64,000 bases of DNA from Octopus vulgaris (GCA_951406725.2 OX597818.1:122264001-122328000), one strand, 5' to 3'. Positions 12,883 through 27,132 are shown, numbered from the stretch's first letter. Notes: generated by a model not told the origin, from the letters alone. Translations and numbers: made by a program.

Positions 12883-13020
12883 ATAGCTTGCTTCCCAACC
12901 ACAAGGTTCCAGGTTCAGTCCCACTGCGTAACATATTGGGTAAGTGTCTTCTACTATAGCCTCGGCAAAAGAAATCGATATAGTATCAGGTTTTAAAGAA
13001 ATAAGCGCCGGGGTAAATTT
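12883..13020 (+). mobile_element. SINE family A, internally deleted
   Basis: Head sequence joins directly from gcctcgg to caaaaga of the 3' half. Confidence 0.6.
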
Positions 13021-13042
13021 TCATACATACATATATACATAC

Positions 13043-13051
13043 ATACATATT

Positions 13052-13124
<73 letters not shown>

Positions 13125-13207
13125 TCACTGGTACGTCAGTTGAATACCACATAAATATGGATATAATGCATACATATTTACATACATACATACATACATA
13201 TATATAA

Positions 13208-13249
<42 letters not shown>

Positions 13250-13295
13250 TCACTGGTACGTCAGTTGAATACCACATAAATATGGATATAATGCA
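13043..13295. repeat. Tandem duplication, period ~125 bp
   Basis: aaattcactggtacgtcagttgaataccacataaatatggatataatgca is identical at 13121 and 13246. Confidence 0.9.
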
Positions 13296-13597
13296 AATTA
13301 CAAAAAATAAATTAAATAGAGAGACTCAATTGGCAATCTAATAATTTATTTATGTTATGATGTAACAATATACTATGAATATAATATAATATAATATAAT
13401 ATAATATAATGAAATAAAATTATTAAAAAAATGTAAACACCCAACAAATTGTTTCGACTTATATACATTATTTGATTTATAAACAATGCATCTCCACTTA
13501 TATAAGTCTCATCAGAGCTATCGTTTATAGACAGACAAATTCTGTGTAAAAGGAATATGTATACATACAAACATACATACATACATACATACATACG

Positions 13598-13667
<70 letters not shown>

Positions 13668-16419
13668 CAATGGTGATTTCAATACCTATGAAGAATAACA
13701 TACAAGTTACAGTCTCCAAAGAATACTCAATATAAGCTTGGCGTTGCTAGTAAGGCAGATCTTTGTTCTGCAAAACGTCAGTAACAGACATGTAATTCCT
13801 GAGAAGATCGTGAAAGCGACTTCGCTGTTCACTATCTGTATAGTGTAATTTATCATAGTAGTAGTAGGTTCAATTTAATGAAGATCCCCAAGGTAGAAGT
13901 TTATTCTGCTGTTTTTTTTTATTAGAACAAGTCAAACAAAAAGAGCATAAATATTCGAAACTAATATGATTCGAAGTCACAGTGCTACTATTTCTGCTAC
14001 CGTCTGAGATTGCCAGCCATAGCGTTTCAATTATGTCATAATACAGTTCGTCGCCGTTTATAAATAGCTGGGTAATGATAGCCATTCAAGAATTATAAAA
14101 CGCGAGAAATGAGGGACCTCGCATGAAACTCGGTACTTGAAAACGATGCCATTCAAACATTTAAAAGTCCCGTTGTTATTTATTGTTTAATTCATATTTC
14201 GAAACTGTTGAAGAGGAAATAAGGCACTCAAGGATTATACAACCCCTCTTTATATTAATTAGGTCAACATGTTGACTGTTTTAATTAGTAGAATTTAATC
14301 GTAATTAGTTGAATTAATAGGCCCTTCTAAAGTGATTACAATAACTTAGCACAACGAGAAACCGCTCTTAAATATTTAGTCCTCACCGCTTTAAGACATT
14401 CAGCAGAGATCGAAACATGTTCCGAACAAGAGTAGTTATTGACTCGCTGATCGATATTGGAAACGTTAAAGAAAGGAAAAAAAAAGGAAATAAAATAAAA
14501 GTAGTTAACTGCAGTAGCAGAAGACCAAATTAACCCCGTCTATGATCCGTTTTGTCTGCTTCGCATCCATTTATTTGTACGATAAGAATAATAGTATTTT
14601 ATTTGAACGTTTGCATAATATTTCTTCATTGATTATTTTTAAAGTCTTACTCACCAGTAACCATTGCAATTATTATGTAGATGAGGAACTTGCTCGTCTG
14701 TTAGGCAGATTGAAGAAGTCAAAGTTATGTACCTTGCTTACGGATCAATCTAACGATGGTATATTTCACTAATCTTTCATCTATTTTCGAAACAGCTGTA
14801 CAACAGCTTAATTACTGGACCGTTTATATATAGGTGCCTTTGTTTATCTTTACAGTTGGAAAGACCATGATTTACACTCTATAGTGTATACAAATAGTTG
14901 ATAATGGCGTTGAGTGCTGTTCACCAACATACTTGTAACAAAAATCATGTGATGTTTTCGTTTTTCGTTTCGTGACCATCTTGTTCTTTTTAGCTGTATG
15001 CAGGAAACCTTACACTACATTATGTAACTTGTCTTTCTTTTTTTGTGTGTGAGTAAGACCGTAGGGCTTAATTTGAGACAGAGTTGCTCGCTACTTTTAA
15101 CAGATTGAGTAATAACCTACAGGCTACCTCATTTGTTTGAATATTCCTGCTGATAAAGATAAGCGTTCTCACTGAGATAATTAAGATGCTGGTATTAGAA
15201 TTAATTCACCCTCGAGGGAGATTGTCAATGGATGCCATGCTGATTCCCTAACAAGTTGCTAAATATCCATAATTCATACCAACATGCTTTGTCTTTCGTA
15301 AAATGAACCTAGAATGTGTCATCAAATTCGTCGAAAACGATTCTCTGAGGTCATCAGAAGAACATTTAAATTGCTAACATTTGCTTACGGGGCAGCTCAC
15401 TCTCTTCCCAGATCTGGAAATGTATATACTTCAGAAGCATAGAACAAAACCACCGAAACAGAGTCATGTGTTACTTAGTTGTCCGCTTTGACTGACACAT
15501 CGATAATCTCCAGTCATGTGACATTTAAAATTATTTGATCACATTAACTTCAAGCGAAAATACGCAGCTTCTTCGGAAATACAGCGAATATTCATCACCC
15601 AAACATAAAAAAGAAACAGTATGATAATGCAATGGTATTTTACGCAGAATTATAGATCTATAAAAAATCAGTTGCCAGGTGAAAATTAAAATTCCAATCA
15701 AAACAAAATTTAGAATATATTCTATCATTTATTTTTTTTATAATTAATGGTCACTCAATGAAAAATTCAATATCTGTCATGAATGAAGTTCATCAAAGCT
15801 ACTAATACATATCATACTTCTTTTAGTTATATGCCACTACACACACTCTCTCTCTCCTACATATAAACCGACAAAGCATTATCTATGTGTAAGCGTTCGG
15901 TTCGCTAGAAGTAGCAGCAAAATAAGGGTTCTATGCTACGATCTTTAAAGTAGACGAAAAATCGTTCCGTCAGCGGTAAAGGGGAAACACTAGATGCGTT
16001 TCAGCCTTTATGGACTTAGACGAAATTTATCCTCCCTAATACATGTGTGTGTGTTTGTGTATAAATATATATATATATTTCTGTGAGAGAGGTTGGGAAA
16101 CCAATCAACTAAGGTATAATACCTGTCCAATATACTGCTGGTAGTGTACCCAATTATTCATACCCAAATACTGGTTATTGCGTGGCAATCTCGCAATTGA
16201 GTGTAATATATGGGCGGGAGTAAAAAGCATTAGAACGTATTAGAAGAAAACATACACATTTAGTAAATATTTGTTATACACTCATGTATTAATTAATATT
16301 ACAGAAAAGAGCAAAAGATCAGTTCCTTACGGCCGTTTCTACCAAGAGGCAACGACATCATCCACGCCATTTCAATCTCTTCAGTGTTCTGTAGGGATGG
16401 GCAAATAAATTTTGGATGA

Positions 16420-16509
16420 TGGGTGTACCTCTAGGCTTCTTCAGAGGGTCTAAGTGGTTAGGAAGGCTAACCCCTTAGACCCTCTGAAGAAGCCTAGAGG
16501 TTTCACCCA
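16420..16509. repeat. Near-perfect inverted repeat (35-bp stem, 5-nt loop)
   Basis: 16427-16461 pairs with 16467-16501 with one mismatch; extended by tgggtg/caccca. Confidence 0.95.
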
Positions 16510-18175
16510 CAAGATAATCAACAGCAACGCCAAATGTGAATTGACAGAATCAGACCGTCGGACAAAATATCTTACTGTATTTCTTTTGACTCAGCGGTTC
16601 GAGTTCAAATTCCGAAGCTTTTCGGTGTCAATGAAAATTAAAAACAACAGTCATGTACTGGAGAGAAAGTAAACGACTAGCCCATTCCCTTCATAATATT
16701 GACTCTCTGCCTAAATTAGAAACATCTACTGTTAAGCCTCTCACCAACTCTTATTATGAAGGCCTATAGTCAAAATCCTTCCAGTTATGACAACAGTGAT
16801 TTCTCGCAGACATAAGGTAGCCAGGTCTATAGTTATATTATCTAAAATATTTTTTATTTCATGTTTTAGGATAGAAGAGTGAATAGTGATCTGAGGGTTA
16901 TTTAGTTACTATTTCTAACATATCTAGTGATCACGTAGAAGCTACGTACTTTAATCCTATTGTCCTAACAGGTGGACCAAAAATAGATTGAGCTGGGTGA
17001 ATATATTATAATCGAAACCTTGCTGGAATGTGTCGAAGTATTCATGTGAAAATCCGGTATGAAAGATTTTCAGAGAATAATTTTCATAAAGACAAGTGCT
17101 ATTTCATTTCTTTACATATGCTATTTCCTAAGTTCAGCTATGTATGTATGTATGTATGTATGTATGTATGTATCGTCCGCTTTAACACAAACACCTGTCA
17201 CCTGGTATGAAGTTAGTGGACTCAGTTCTATTGCAAGTACTCGGTACAGACCACCTATTTGAGGATATTTCCTTCCCACCTGCCACCCTCCCCAGCCGTC
17301 TCACCGGCCTTGTAAAGATCCTGTGCGCTACCCTCCGGTTTTCAATAAAAATAATATATGTATATATATGTGTGTGTGTGTGTGGGTGTGTGGGTGTGTG
17401 GGTGTGTGTGTGTGTGTGTGTGTGTATATGTATGTATATATATAAAACATCTATGCAAGTTAGCGATCTAGTATTTTATTCAGATTCTTTGCAATCTGAT
17501 TTCATATCCTGCCGATGTCAACTTTAACTTTCCTTTCTTTCGGGTTCTACAAAATATCTTGTGGTATCTGCTCCGGCCTTTTGCTTTTGTTCTGACCCTA
17601 GTCTGTAGCCCTTCCTCTTAACTAGTACCGTTTTCTCCAGCATATAAGTCGACATAGTATATAATGTAAACATGTAGTGTAAGCCTTCAAATACCGTCAC
17701 TATCTTGAAAAATCTTTCTTTCTGCATTTCATATGGCAATTTTTAGTCCGCCAATGTCGACTTTGTGTATAAGTCAATCTACCACTTTTAACTGTCAATT
17801 TTGGTCTGAAAAATTCGATTTGATTGTTGCAAGTATAATAAAACACTGGTAACCAGTCTTTCAGAAAAGAAAAAATGATTGCCTTGGTCTGAGTAGATAC
17901 TTGGTCAACATGAACATATGTATTTTATCTTACTTTTTCTAATAATTTGAATTCTGCCAATAAAGAACGAGTTGATTTCTACTAAAAGAAAGAAAGCTCC
18001 ACTAATGGAATTTAGACAACAATAACGATGTTAAACTTTAGGAACATGTTGAAATTTAATAAAGTGTTCCATATTTTCGTTGTTTCTTTTATAGATGGCA
18101 TGTGTTATATCTATATTAGCTAGTAATTTTCATTACATAACTTCAGCTTGGCGAGATTGCCATATAAACATTGAC

Positions 18176-18604
18176 GGATCTTTTCAGCATGAACGGCAGT
18201 TTTTAACATAATTTCTAGGTAACAGAAAAATTTTAAACTTCGTATACTGGTAGAATGTGTTTATAAAAGATTTTTTCTCTTGGCTTTATTGAGAAAATTC
18301 TATAGTTTGTAAGATATTTGTTGTTTTCTTTTCTTCAATTTCTGCAATTTCAACCAATTACTGACGTCTGTTGGGGTAAAAAACATTCTGTGTCGTATGA
18401 ATATGTCTCTCGTTTAAGAAACAGATTGGGTTTATTTACATTTGTGAAGAAAAACTATACCCTTCCCCCCACCCCTAACCCTAACACTAAACCTAACTCT
18501 AAAATAGATTGAAATGCAATAGATCGATACTAGGGTCATAATTATGGGTGACAATTTCATATGACACCGCTAGAAAAAAACTGCCGTTCAAACCGAGAAG
18601 ATCC
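18176..18604. mobile_element. Non-autonomous TIR DNA transposon (Merlin-like MITE)
   Basis: ~29-bp TIRs ggatcttttcagcatgaacggcagttttt / aaaaactgccgttcaaaccgagaagatcc; perfect 8-bp TSD acattgac (18168-18175, 18605-18612). Confidence 0.9.
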
Positions 18605-19389
18605 ACATTGACTAACATATCTAAGTACATCAATAACCACAGGTATAAATCTGAGTTTATAATCTGGGCACACAAGCAGTAGGTTTTGAAGCAGATACAT
18701 ATAAATATTCTTTTTTTTCACTGATTTTGAAAGGAAATGTTCACATCTGTAGAGCAACTGACCTCTATGACCCTATAACACAATTTTTCTTTTCTGTCTC
18801 CGCCAACTATATCATGCCTGTTATGTTTGCATTTAGCAGACGTTTTGATGGGAATGTTACACTAATATTCCTTCTATGTATGTATGTAATTACGTATGTA
18901 TGTGTATATTTAGCTATGCATAACCGTTTTTCTAGTCTACGTATCTGAGACTAGTAGCGAACGTAATCCCCAGCAAATTCACACACCTAAATGTATATTT
19001 GAATACGTAATTGACACAGAAACACGGTGGAATGATACACCCATACATTCACACTATCTTTCGAAAGCACTGACTAATGTACTTCTAGATCCATTACATT
19101 AAGCTAGAATATATGACGGGATGCGTCAGGCTGGAGTGCCGTTAGTATAAGCCCTAATCTATCAAGCTGTCATCATCATCATCATCATGCTCATCTCATT
19201 CACGTTGTGGTCAGAATCATCATAATCATCGTCGTTGTCGTCGCCGTTATCATCATCATCATCATCATCATCATCCTCAACAACATAACCTGAAGCCGGT
19301 ATACTATTTGGGATGCCACGCATAAACAAGGGTAAACAATATCATTGCGTGGAGTTTCTAATATTCTGTTCGCGAAACGAGTGACACTC

Positions 19390-20385
19390 CAGTCATCGAC
19401 GAGCAACATGTTGGATCTCTGCTTCACAAATACCATCAACCTTATCCATAACGTGAAGGTGACGCCAACAGCATTCTCGGCCCACAGCATGGTACAATTA
19501 ACAGTCTGTTGCCCTAAGCGAACTGTTAGCACCTACCATATCAAAAGGTCTCAATCCATATCCTACTTCAATTTCCAAAAGCAAACTAGAAATCAATCAG
19601 CAAAGAGATACACAAACAAAACTGGTCAGATAGTCTGTCTATGCAACACATTGACTCAAATCACAGTCAGCCTACGTCGTTAATGCAAGTTAAGTGCACT
19701 AAATATGCTCCAGAAAGAAAGACCAGCACACCAAAAAAAAAAATAATAAATTCCCCAAAGACAGGAAAATCCATATGCATCACATATCAAAGGTCTCAAA
19801 CTGGTTGAATAGGCAACTGGAAGATGGGGAAAAGTGTAATTTAAGATGGACACGCTTGGAAATTGAAAACAAAACGAAACTCTCCTATGAAAAGGAAAGA
19901 AAGGAGAGAGAGAAAGAGAGAGAGAGGGGGGGGAGAGTTTCTAAAGGAAACAACCACAGTACATTACAAAATAGGACCGTTTTTCCAAGGGATTGGCTCC
20001 CTGATCGTGAACCCCAAATGAAGTGATGTTCTCAGTGCACAATTGAAAAGTGGCTTCAAACTCCGCCTCCTGGGACACATACATATAAAGAAACCCGGCT
20101 GAATTCTTTCACATTAAAGCTTTGTAAATGAAGGCGGGAACCATCGATTATATTGATAATGAGGAAGTAGTGGTAACAGCGGCCATAGATGAAATGAGCT
20201 TAAGCTCAAGAAGTGGTCCCGATGGTTTCGCAACTATTCTCCGGAAGTCATGTAAGCAGGCTTTAGCGAAACGACTCCAGATACTTTTCCGGAGCTCCCT
20301 TACAAGTGGTAAACTTCCTAAAAAGCTAAGAGAAGGCATTGTATGCCCTATCCATAAAGGTGGGAGCAGAGCAGAGGCAATGGAC
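19390..20385 (+). pseudogene. Degraded CR1/Jockey-like LINE ORF2 fragment (endonuclease end to RT start)
   Basis: NMLDLCFTN...FSAHSMV (AP-endonuclease C-terminus), FNFQK, and SGPDGF...LQILFRSSLTSGKLP...VCPIHKGG (RT N-terminus). Confidence 0.8.
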
Positions 20386-20435
20386 GACACAAAAACCAAA
20401 AACTACATAGATACACACACACACGCATAAACATA

Positions 20436-20644
20436 TCAGGGTGTGCTGAAACGTTCCTGGGTTTAAGTGTTTCGCGAAGGACCAGGTTGTTGGGCCAACT
20501 TTCCAAGTTCTTTTACAGGGCTTAGAAAAATTGATGGACCGCTTCAATGTGGGATTATGAAAGCGGTTTATGTTGAATAAAATTATAACTGATCTTCCTG
20601 TATTTTCTTTTACTCAAAGCCAGGAACTTTTCAGCAGCCCCTCG
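20436..20644 (+). mobile_element. Mariner-derived MITE
   Basis: TIRs ..gtgctgaaacgttcctgggttt / aaagccaggaacttttcagcagcccctcg; internal remnant of a mariner transposase C-terminus (GLEKLMDRF...YVE*). Confidence 0.75.
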
Positions 20645-20749
20645 TGTGTGTGTGTGTATATATATATACACACGCACACACACACATAAGTATATGTGCC
20701 TGCTAGTGTATGTGCGATGGAGTAAAACTGACATAATAGAACTAACATA

Positions 20750-21152
20750 AGTTTTTCTACTCTAGGTACAAGGTCGGAAATTTTGGGGGAGGAAGCCAGT
20801 CGATTAGATCGACCCCAGTACGCAACTGTTACTTAATTTATCGACCCCGAAAGAATGAAAGGTAAAATCGACCTCGGCAGAATTTAAACTCAGAACGTAG
20901 CGGCAGAGCGAAATACCTATTTCTTTACTACCCACAACGGGCTAAACACAGAGAGGACAAACAAGGATAGACAAACGGATTAAGTCGATTATATCGACCG
21001 CAGTGCATAAACTGGTACTTATTTAAAAGACTCCGAAAGGATGAAAGGCAAAGTCGACCTCGGCGGAATTTGAACTCAGAACGTAGCGGCAGACGAAACA
21101 CCGCTAAGCATTTTGTCTGGCGTGCTAACGATTCTGCCAAGCTCGCCGCCTT
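20750..21152 (-). mobile_element. Composite SINE family C: LINE-tailed copy nested in a short-tailed copy
   Basis: On the minus strand, tail ...gtaaagaaata is followed by ggtatttcg and a second family C body. Confidence 0.85.
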
Positions 21153-21253
21153 AACTGACATAATGATAATGTCATAGGTTTGTATCGTGGTTCTTCTTAA
21201 CGATTCTTGGAGGCTATTGAGCAATAGGGGGAGAAAATAGGAGAGTGAGAGAA

Positions 21254-21288
<35 letters not shown>

Positions 21289-21289
21289 T

Positions 21290-21321
<32 letters not shown>

Positions 21322-21954
21322 AAAGGAGAGAAAGAAGATGAAAAGGAATGAATGCAATATACAAGATCTACAACAATTAAAAATGTCAAGAATACAAGGA
21401 CAAATCAATAGAGCAATATCAGGGATATTTATACACTCTTCACAAAAGGTACCAGCGTCTCTGCGTATCTGCATGTGTACATACACACACACAAACACAC
21501 ACACACATAGATGCACACACACACACACACATACACACACATACACATATATATACACATACATACATTGTAAAGCTCATTCCCACCGGTTGATATAACA
21601 ATGATTTTTCCAATTTATGAACTCGATCAAACAATACCACCCAAACCGGTTTGTTGTTGGTGATGGTGGTGGTAGTGGTGGTGGACGTCGTAGTGGAGGC
21701 GGTGGTGATGTTGATCATGAAGTTGCAGGTGTTGCTGATGCGGACACCGCCGCCATCATCATGTTTAATTGCCAACTATGTGGAGATTTTCGGTTTTTTT
21801 CCCGTTTTCTTTTTGTATAAAATATGAAGCGTACACACACACACACGACATATACAACACATATACACATGCACACACACACACACACATATATATATAT
21901 AATCATATGCACATAATACATACATACATGTATATACATCTACAGACACCATGA

Positions 21955-22146
21955 TAGATCGTTAGCTAATACACACATTTTTTTTCTCCTTGTTTCTCTC
22001 CTTGCTTTTTCTGAGTACCTTTCTGTAGAAGAGCGTAGGCTCGAAACGTAAAAGACTTTTTCTATTCCTGAGCGCTATACTAATACATCTGTTTGTTTTG
22101 TACACCACCTGCCTTCGTCTTTTGTTTATTTTCGTAAACTTTCCCT
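21955..22146 (+). mobile_element. Family D short element ending in (TA)n (Penelope-like terminus)
   Basis: Near-identical to 28563-28778; carries ctgtagaagagcgtaggctcgaaacgta. Confidence 0.8.
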
Positions 22147-22149
22147 TTA

Positions 22150-22199
<50 letters not shown>

Positions 22200-22334
22200 A
22201 ATGAATACTTACGTATATAATCGTAGATATGCATACTTATATGCATATATGTACATGTACTAACACATTAAATAAGTCAGAAAAAGAGAGATAGGAGCAG
22301 AGTAAATTATAGAAACACCAAATGAGATTGGGGA

Positions 22335-22401
<67 letters not shown>

Positions 22402-23052
22402 GATAGATAGATAGATGTGTGAGACGGAGGGAGTCAGACAAAGAGAGAGGACAGAGTATAGAGAAAGGGAGAGAATAAAGTAATGAAGAGATTTCCAATG
22501 AAATTTGTGTCCGTTGGTGGCGCTGCTGTTTATGATAATAGTGACTGGTGGCATGTTGATGATGAAGGTGGTGTATGGTGTTGGCGTTAGTTGCATCAGT
22601 GATGATTTTGGCAACGATACTGGCAATGTATGAGCTAATGAAAATAGTGTAGGTGGTAGAAAGACCTGTCGGCATGGCAGAGGAATTCGGTGCAGGGCGG
22701 GAAGGAGGTACGAAATTGTAACTTGCTAAATCTATAACCACCACCGTCCACCCCCCATCACCCCATTCACTGCGCCTCTAGAATCAGTTCTGTCTGTATT
22801 TCCTTCCCGTTGTTAAACACTTGTTTCGCCGAGGAACATTCTATATTGATATCCGCTTATTATTATCGCTAAAGCGCTATGACCTTCTCACTTTCTCTCT
22901 CTCTCTCCCTCTTTATCTCTCTCCCTCACTCTCCCTAATGCCTCCTCTATCTATGTGGCCTTGGCACTATTTGTCAATTGTCAAATTTCACTCCACCCTA
23001 GGTGCGTTCGTCCTTACATTCGCAATCAGGAATATCTGTTGCGAATTTGCAC

Positions 23053-23083
<31 letters not shown>

Positions 23084-23194
23084 CACGAATGTAAATATAA
23101 GCATATATGCATATATGCGTATACACACACACATACACATACATATAGGTATATATATATCTGTATATATATATGTGTATATCTCTATCTATAT

Positions 23195-23570
23195 TCTTTT
23201 ATTCTTTTACTTGTTTCAGTCATTTGATAGTGACCATGCTAGAGCATCGCCTTAAAGGGTTATAGTCGAAGAAATCGACCCTAGGATAAAATCTTTGTAA
23301 GCCTAGTGCTTATTCTATCGCCTTCTTTTGCCGAACTGCTAAGTTACGGGGACACAAACACACCACTATCAGTTATCAAGCTATGGCAGGTGACAATCAG
23401 AGACACACACACATAAATGTATACACATGTATATACGACAGGCTTCTTTCAGTTTCCTTCTACCAAACCCACTCACGTGTCATTGTTCGGCCCGAGTGTA
23501 TATCAAAAGACACTTGCTTAAGGTGCCACGCAGTGGGATTGAACCCGAAACCATATGGCTGGGAAGCTAG
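23195..23570 (-). mobile_element. SINE family A
   Basis: Reverse-complement similarity to 10609-11030. Confidence 0.8.
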
Positions 23571-24104
23571 CTATATTAGTTCATTATGCATTACATATAC
23601 ATATTTATGTATATGAGTTGAATGAATTGTAATTAAATGGCAAACGAATTGACCTTATACCAAAAGTTAATTCTGAAGCATTTACATTGCGATAAAGTCA
23701 AGATGGCATCCAATCAATCTAAAGTACACACACACAAGCGCGCACACACACACACATACACCTACACCAACATACCACACACACACATACACACAACAGT
23801 AAGAAACTTCATAGACCTGCGTAAGATTTACGGATTTCCTTAGATATACCCTGTATGACAAAGCTGACCTTTCGAATTATAGGTATAATCCATTAAAATC
23901 TTCTCAGGCCTTATTATTTTTTCATCTACCGAGATATATTTGCTAAACTTGATCACCCCAGTTATAAAAAAAAACAACAAGAAAACTCAATATGGGATGT
24001 ATTGGAATCGAACCCGCAATCTTATAATTGTGAAGCGATTTCCTTCACTATTTTATCCTGTACGTCCACATATACCCAAAACCTGCATATAGAGGAACAG
24101 GTGT

Positions 24105-24199
<95 letters not shown>

Positions 24200-24493
24200 T
24201 TGGTTAAAGCGTTGGGCTCACAATCATAAGGTACTGAGTTTGATTCCCGGACTGGGCTATGTGTTGTGTTCTTGAGCAAGACACTTTATTTCACGTTGGC
24301 TAGAGAAATGAGTTGCGACGTCAGTGGTGCCAAGCTGTATCAGCTTCATGCTTTTCCCCTGGGTATCATCAGTGGCGCGGAGAGAGTAGGCTAGTATGCA
24401 CGGAGAACTGCATACAACCTTTCTTAGACTTGTGCCTCGGAACTTTCTAGGTGCAATCCCATGGTCATTCATGACCGAAGGGGGTCTTTACCC
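24200..24493 (+). mobile_element. SINE family B head with tail T2
   Basis: ttgagcaagacactttatttcacgttg followed by ...ggtcattcatgaccgaagggggtctttaccc; matches 39477-39800. Confidence 0.8.
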
Positions 24494-24553
24494 ATGTTTT
24501 GAATAGAAATAGCTAGATAGATATATAGAGACAGATAGATAAATAGATAGATA

Positions 24554-24613
<60 letters not shown>

Positions 24614-26342
24614 GAAGTATTGCATACTATTCACTAGTATCCAGTCTGTATTGACTATGAGCGTGTGTGTGTGTGTTTGTATGTGCGTGTGTGTTTGTGT
24701 GTGTGAGTGTGTGTGCGTGCACGTGTGTGCGTGTGTGTGTATGGTGGATTACGTGTCTGACTCCATCTGTGCTTTGACGTCGACGCGCTTGAAGAACGAT
24801 ACTCCGTTTTATATGTCTCATAACATAGCGGTTCCACAAATAGAAATCGATAAGTTCTTGTGTCGATATGGTCGACTAAAACTCTTAAAGGTGGCGCCCC
24901 AGCATGGCAGCATTCCACTAACTTAGACATGTGAGAGAATGTAAATGTGTATATGTGTTTATGTGTGTGGCTGTCTGTTATATCTACAGGCGTTCAAATG
25001 TGCAGATGTGTAAATATACATATGCTTGCGTGTATGAGCAGTGTACGAATGTGTCTGAATGTATGAGTGTTCAAATGTACGTTTTCATGTGAGTCTAGAG
25101 AGAGAAAAAACATAGGCAGAGAGAAAGGGAGAGAGAGAAAAAAGAGAGAGAGAAAGAAGGAAAGAGAGAAAGGAAGAGAGAGGAAGAGAGAGAAAAGTGA
25201 GAGCGTGTATATTATAGTCAGTTTTGTTTGCTCGTACATCATAACACAGTGTTGCCACTGCGACAAATGTCTTTTCCAGTCAAATGAATATTTTCTGTGA
25301 GTAAGAAAAATAAAAGCTACAACAAAATGCAGAACAAAAAAAATGATGAACAACTTAAGAGATAAACCATTTACTATAACAGTCAAAAAATCTGCAGAAA
25401 TAAAAATAAAAGGCGAATGGTTAACATCAGACGAAAAAAAAAAAATTGTTCTAAAGAAAGAATAATTACAAATGAAATTATCTTTCTATGAACGACGCTA
25501 ATTAATTAATACATTACTATATTATGACCAGCATTGATAAAAAGAAAAGGAAACATTGAAATCGAACAAGGACGATCAACGACCAAATCAAAGCTACAAC
25601 AGAAACCGAAAGCAGAAATCTGATCGTTATTCTTGTTGGCCGTTGCTTGCTTGCCGACTTTAACTTAGCAACCGTGAACAAGTCGATGCAACAGATCTTC
25701 GGCAAGGTCAACTAGAATGAAATCATCAGACGACGGTAGCACTGATTGTGCCATTCCGATCAGCTGATGTAGAGTCGGTAACAGTTAGACGGACTCGAAT
25801 AAGTAGTCGCAGTGGTGGTAGTGGTGTTGGCGGTGTTAGGATGAGGGAGACAACAGCTATGACTAGTATATGGTCTGATAAATAGAGGCATGACGGGAAG
25901 ACGTAATTAACTTACATTATGTCATGTTGTGAGGATGGTTATATGTACGGTAGTCGATGGTTTTAGCGAGTGCAATAGTTTAATGACAGAGGAATCTTCT
26001 ACTTTTCCAGGGATGACGTCTGCATGAAGATCACATAGTTAAGAATGTCATTCCTTCCACTTAGTTAAATATATTACGATAGTTTCTTATTCTAACTCTT
26101 TCTTATATTCCTGTTTTTATTTTCTGATTTTTTCTTTCTCTAACTCTCCGTATATGTATATGCCCATATATCTAACTTATATATTTAGATTTCAATATCC
26201 GTTTGAATATCTATACACATACATAAGCATTCGCCTACATATATCACGTATATTTAACACATTTGGGGTGCTAAAACGCTAGCTATTTTGGACATTACTG
26301 CATGAGAATTTTTAAATAATATACCTATGTATGTACGCACAC

Positions 26343-26402
<60 letters not shown>

Positions 26403-27101
26403 GTAATACATCTGGCACACGGTGACATACTAAATAACAGGAAAGCACGCACAATAGACGCGGAGAAGGTCAATCTCATCATATGTTATGAACCTGATGT
26501 CACCAAAATTTCGACACGCATACATATATACATAATATTTGATAACATAAAATATCATGTATATGTATTTGTAAACATATCTATCTGTCTGTCTGTATAT
26601 ATATTCTTTACATCGTAAGAATTTTTTACATCGTAAGAATTTATGAAATCGTTTGTAGAGTGGAACAAAGGGTTAAAAACTCCTTGAATCGAATAAATAT
26701 ACATCTTGCACACACACACACAAATACACACACACACACACATACATACACGCATACATTCAAATACGCACGCACACATTTATTAATATATATATATCTA
26801 CTGCATTTTTTTTCTTTTTCAGTATCCAAATTTCAAGACAATTCATGTTATCATTAAATATTTAGTCATGACGTGATGATAAATTATATTTTGAAGAAAT
26901 TCTCTTTTAAGTCCGTTTTAAAAACAAAAGCTGTTTGAACATCAACTTTGAGTGACATAGCATAATGGCGTTTTGTATGTAGAAATCGCATACATTTTAC
27001 CCGACGTCAAATTTGGCTTGTTAATGTAAGTAATGTTTTTGGATAAACTATGAGTTAAATTATTTTAAATAGATAATGAATGTTTTTGTATGCAGTTGAT
27101 G

Positions 27102-27132
<31 letters not shown>

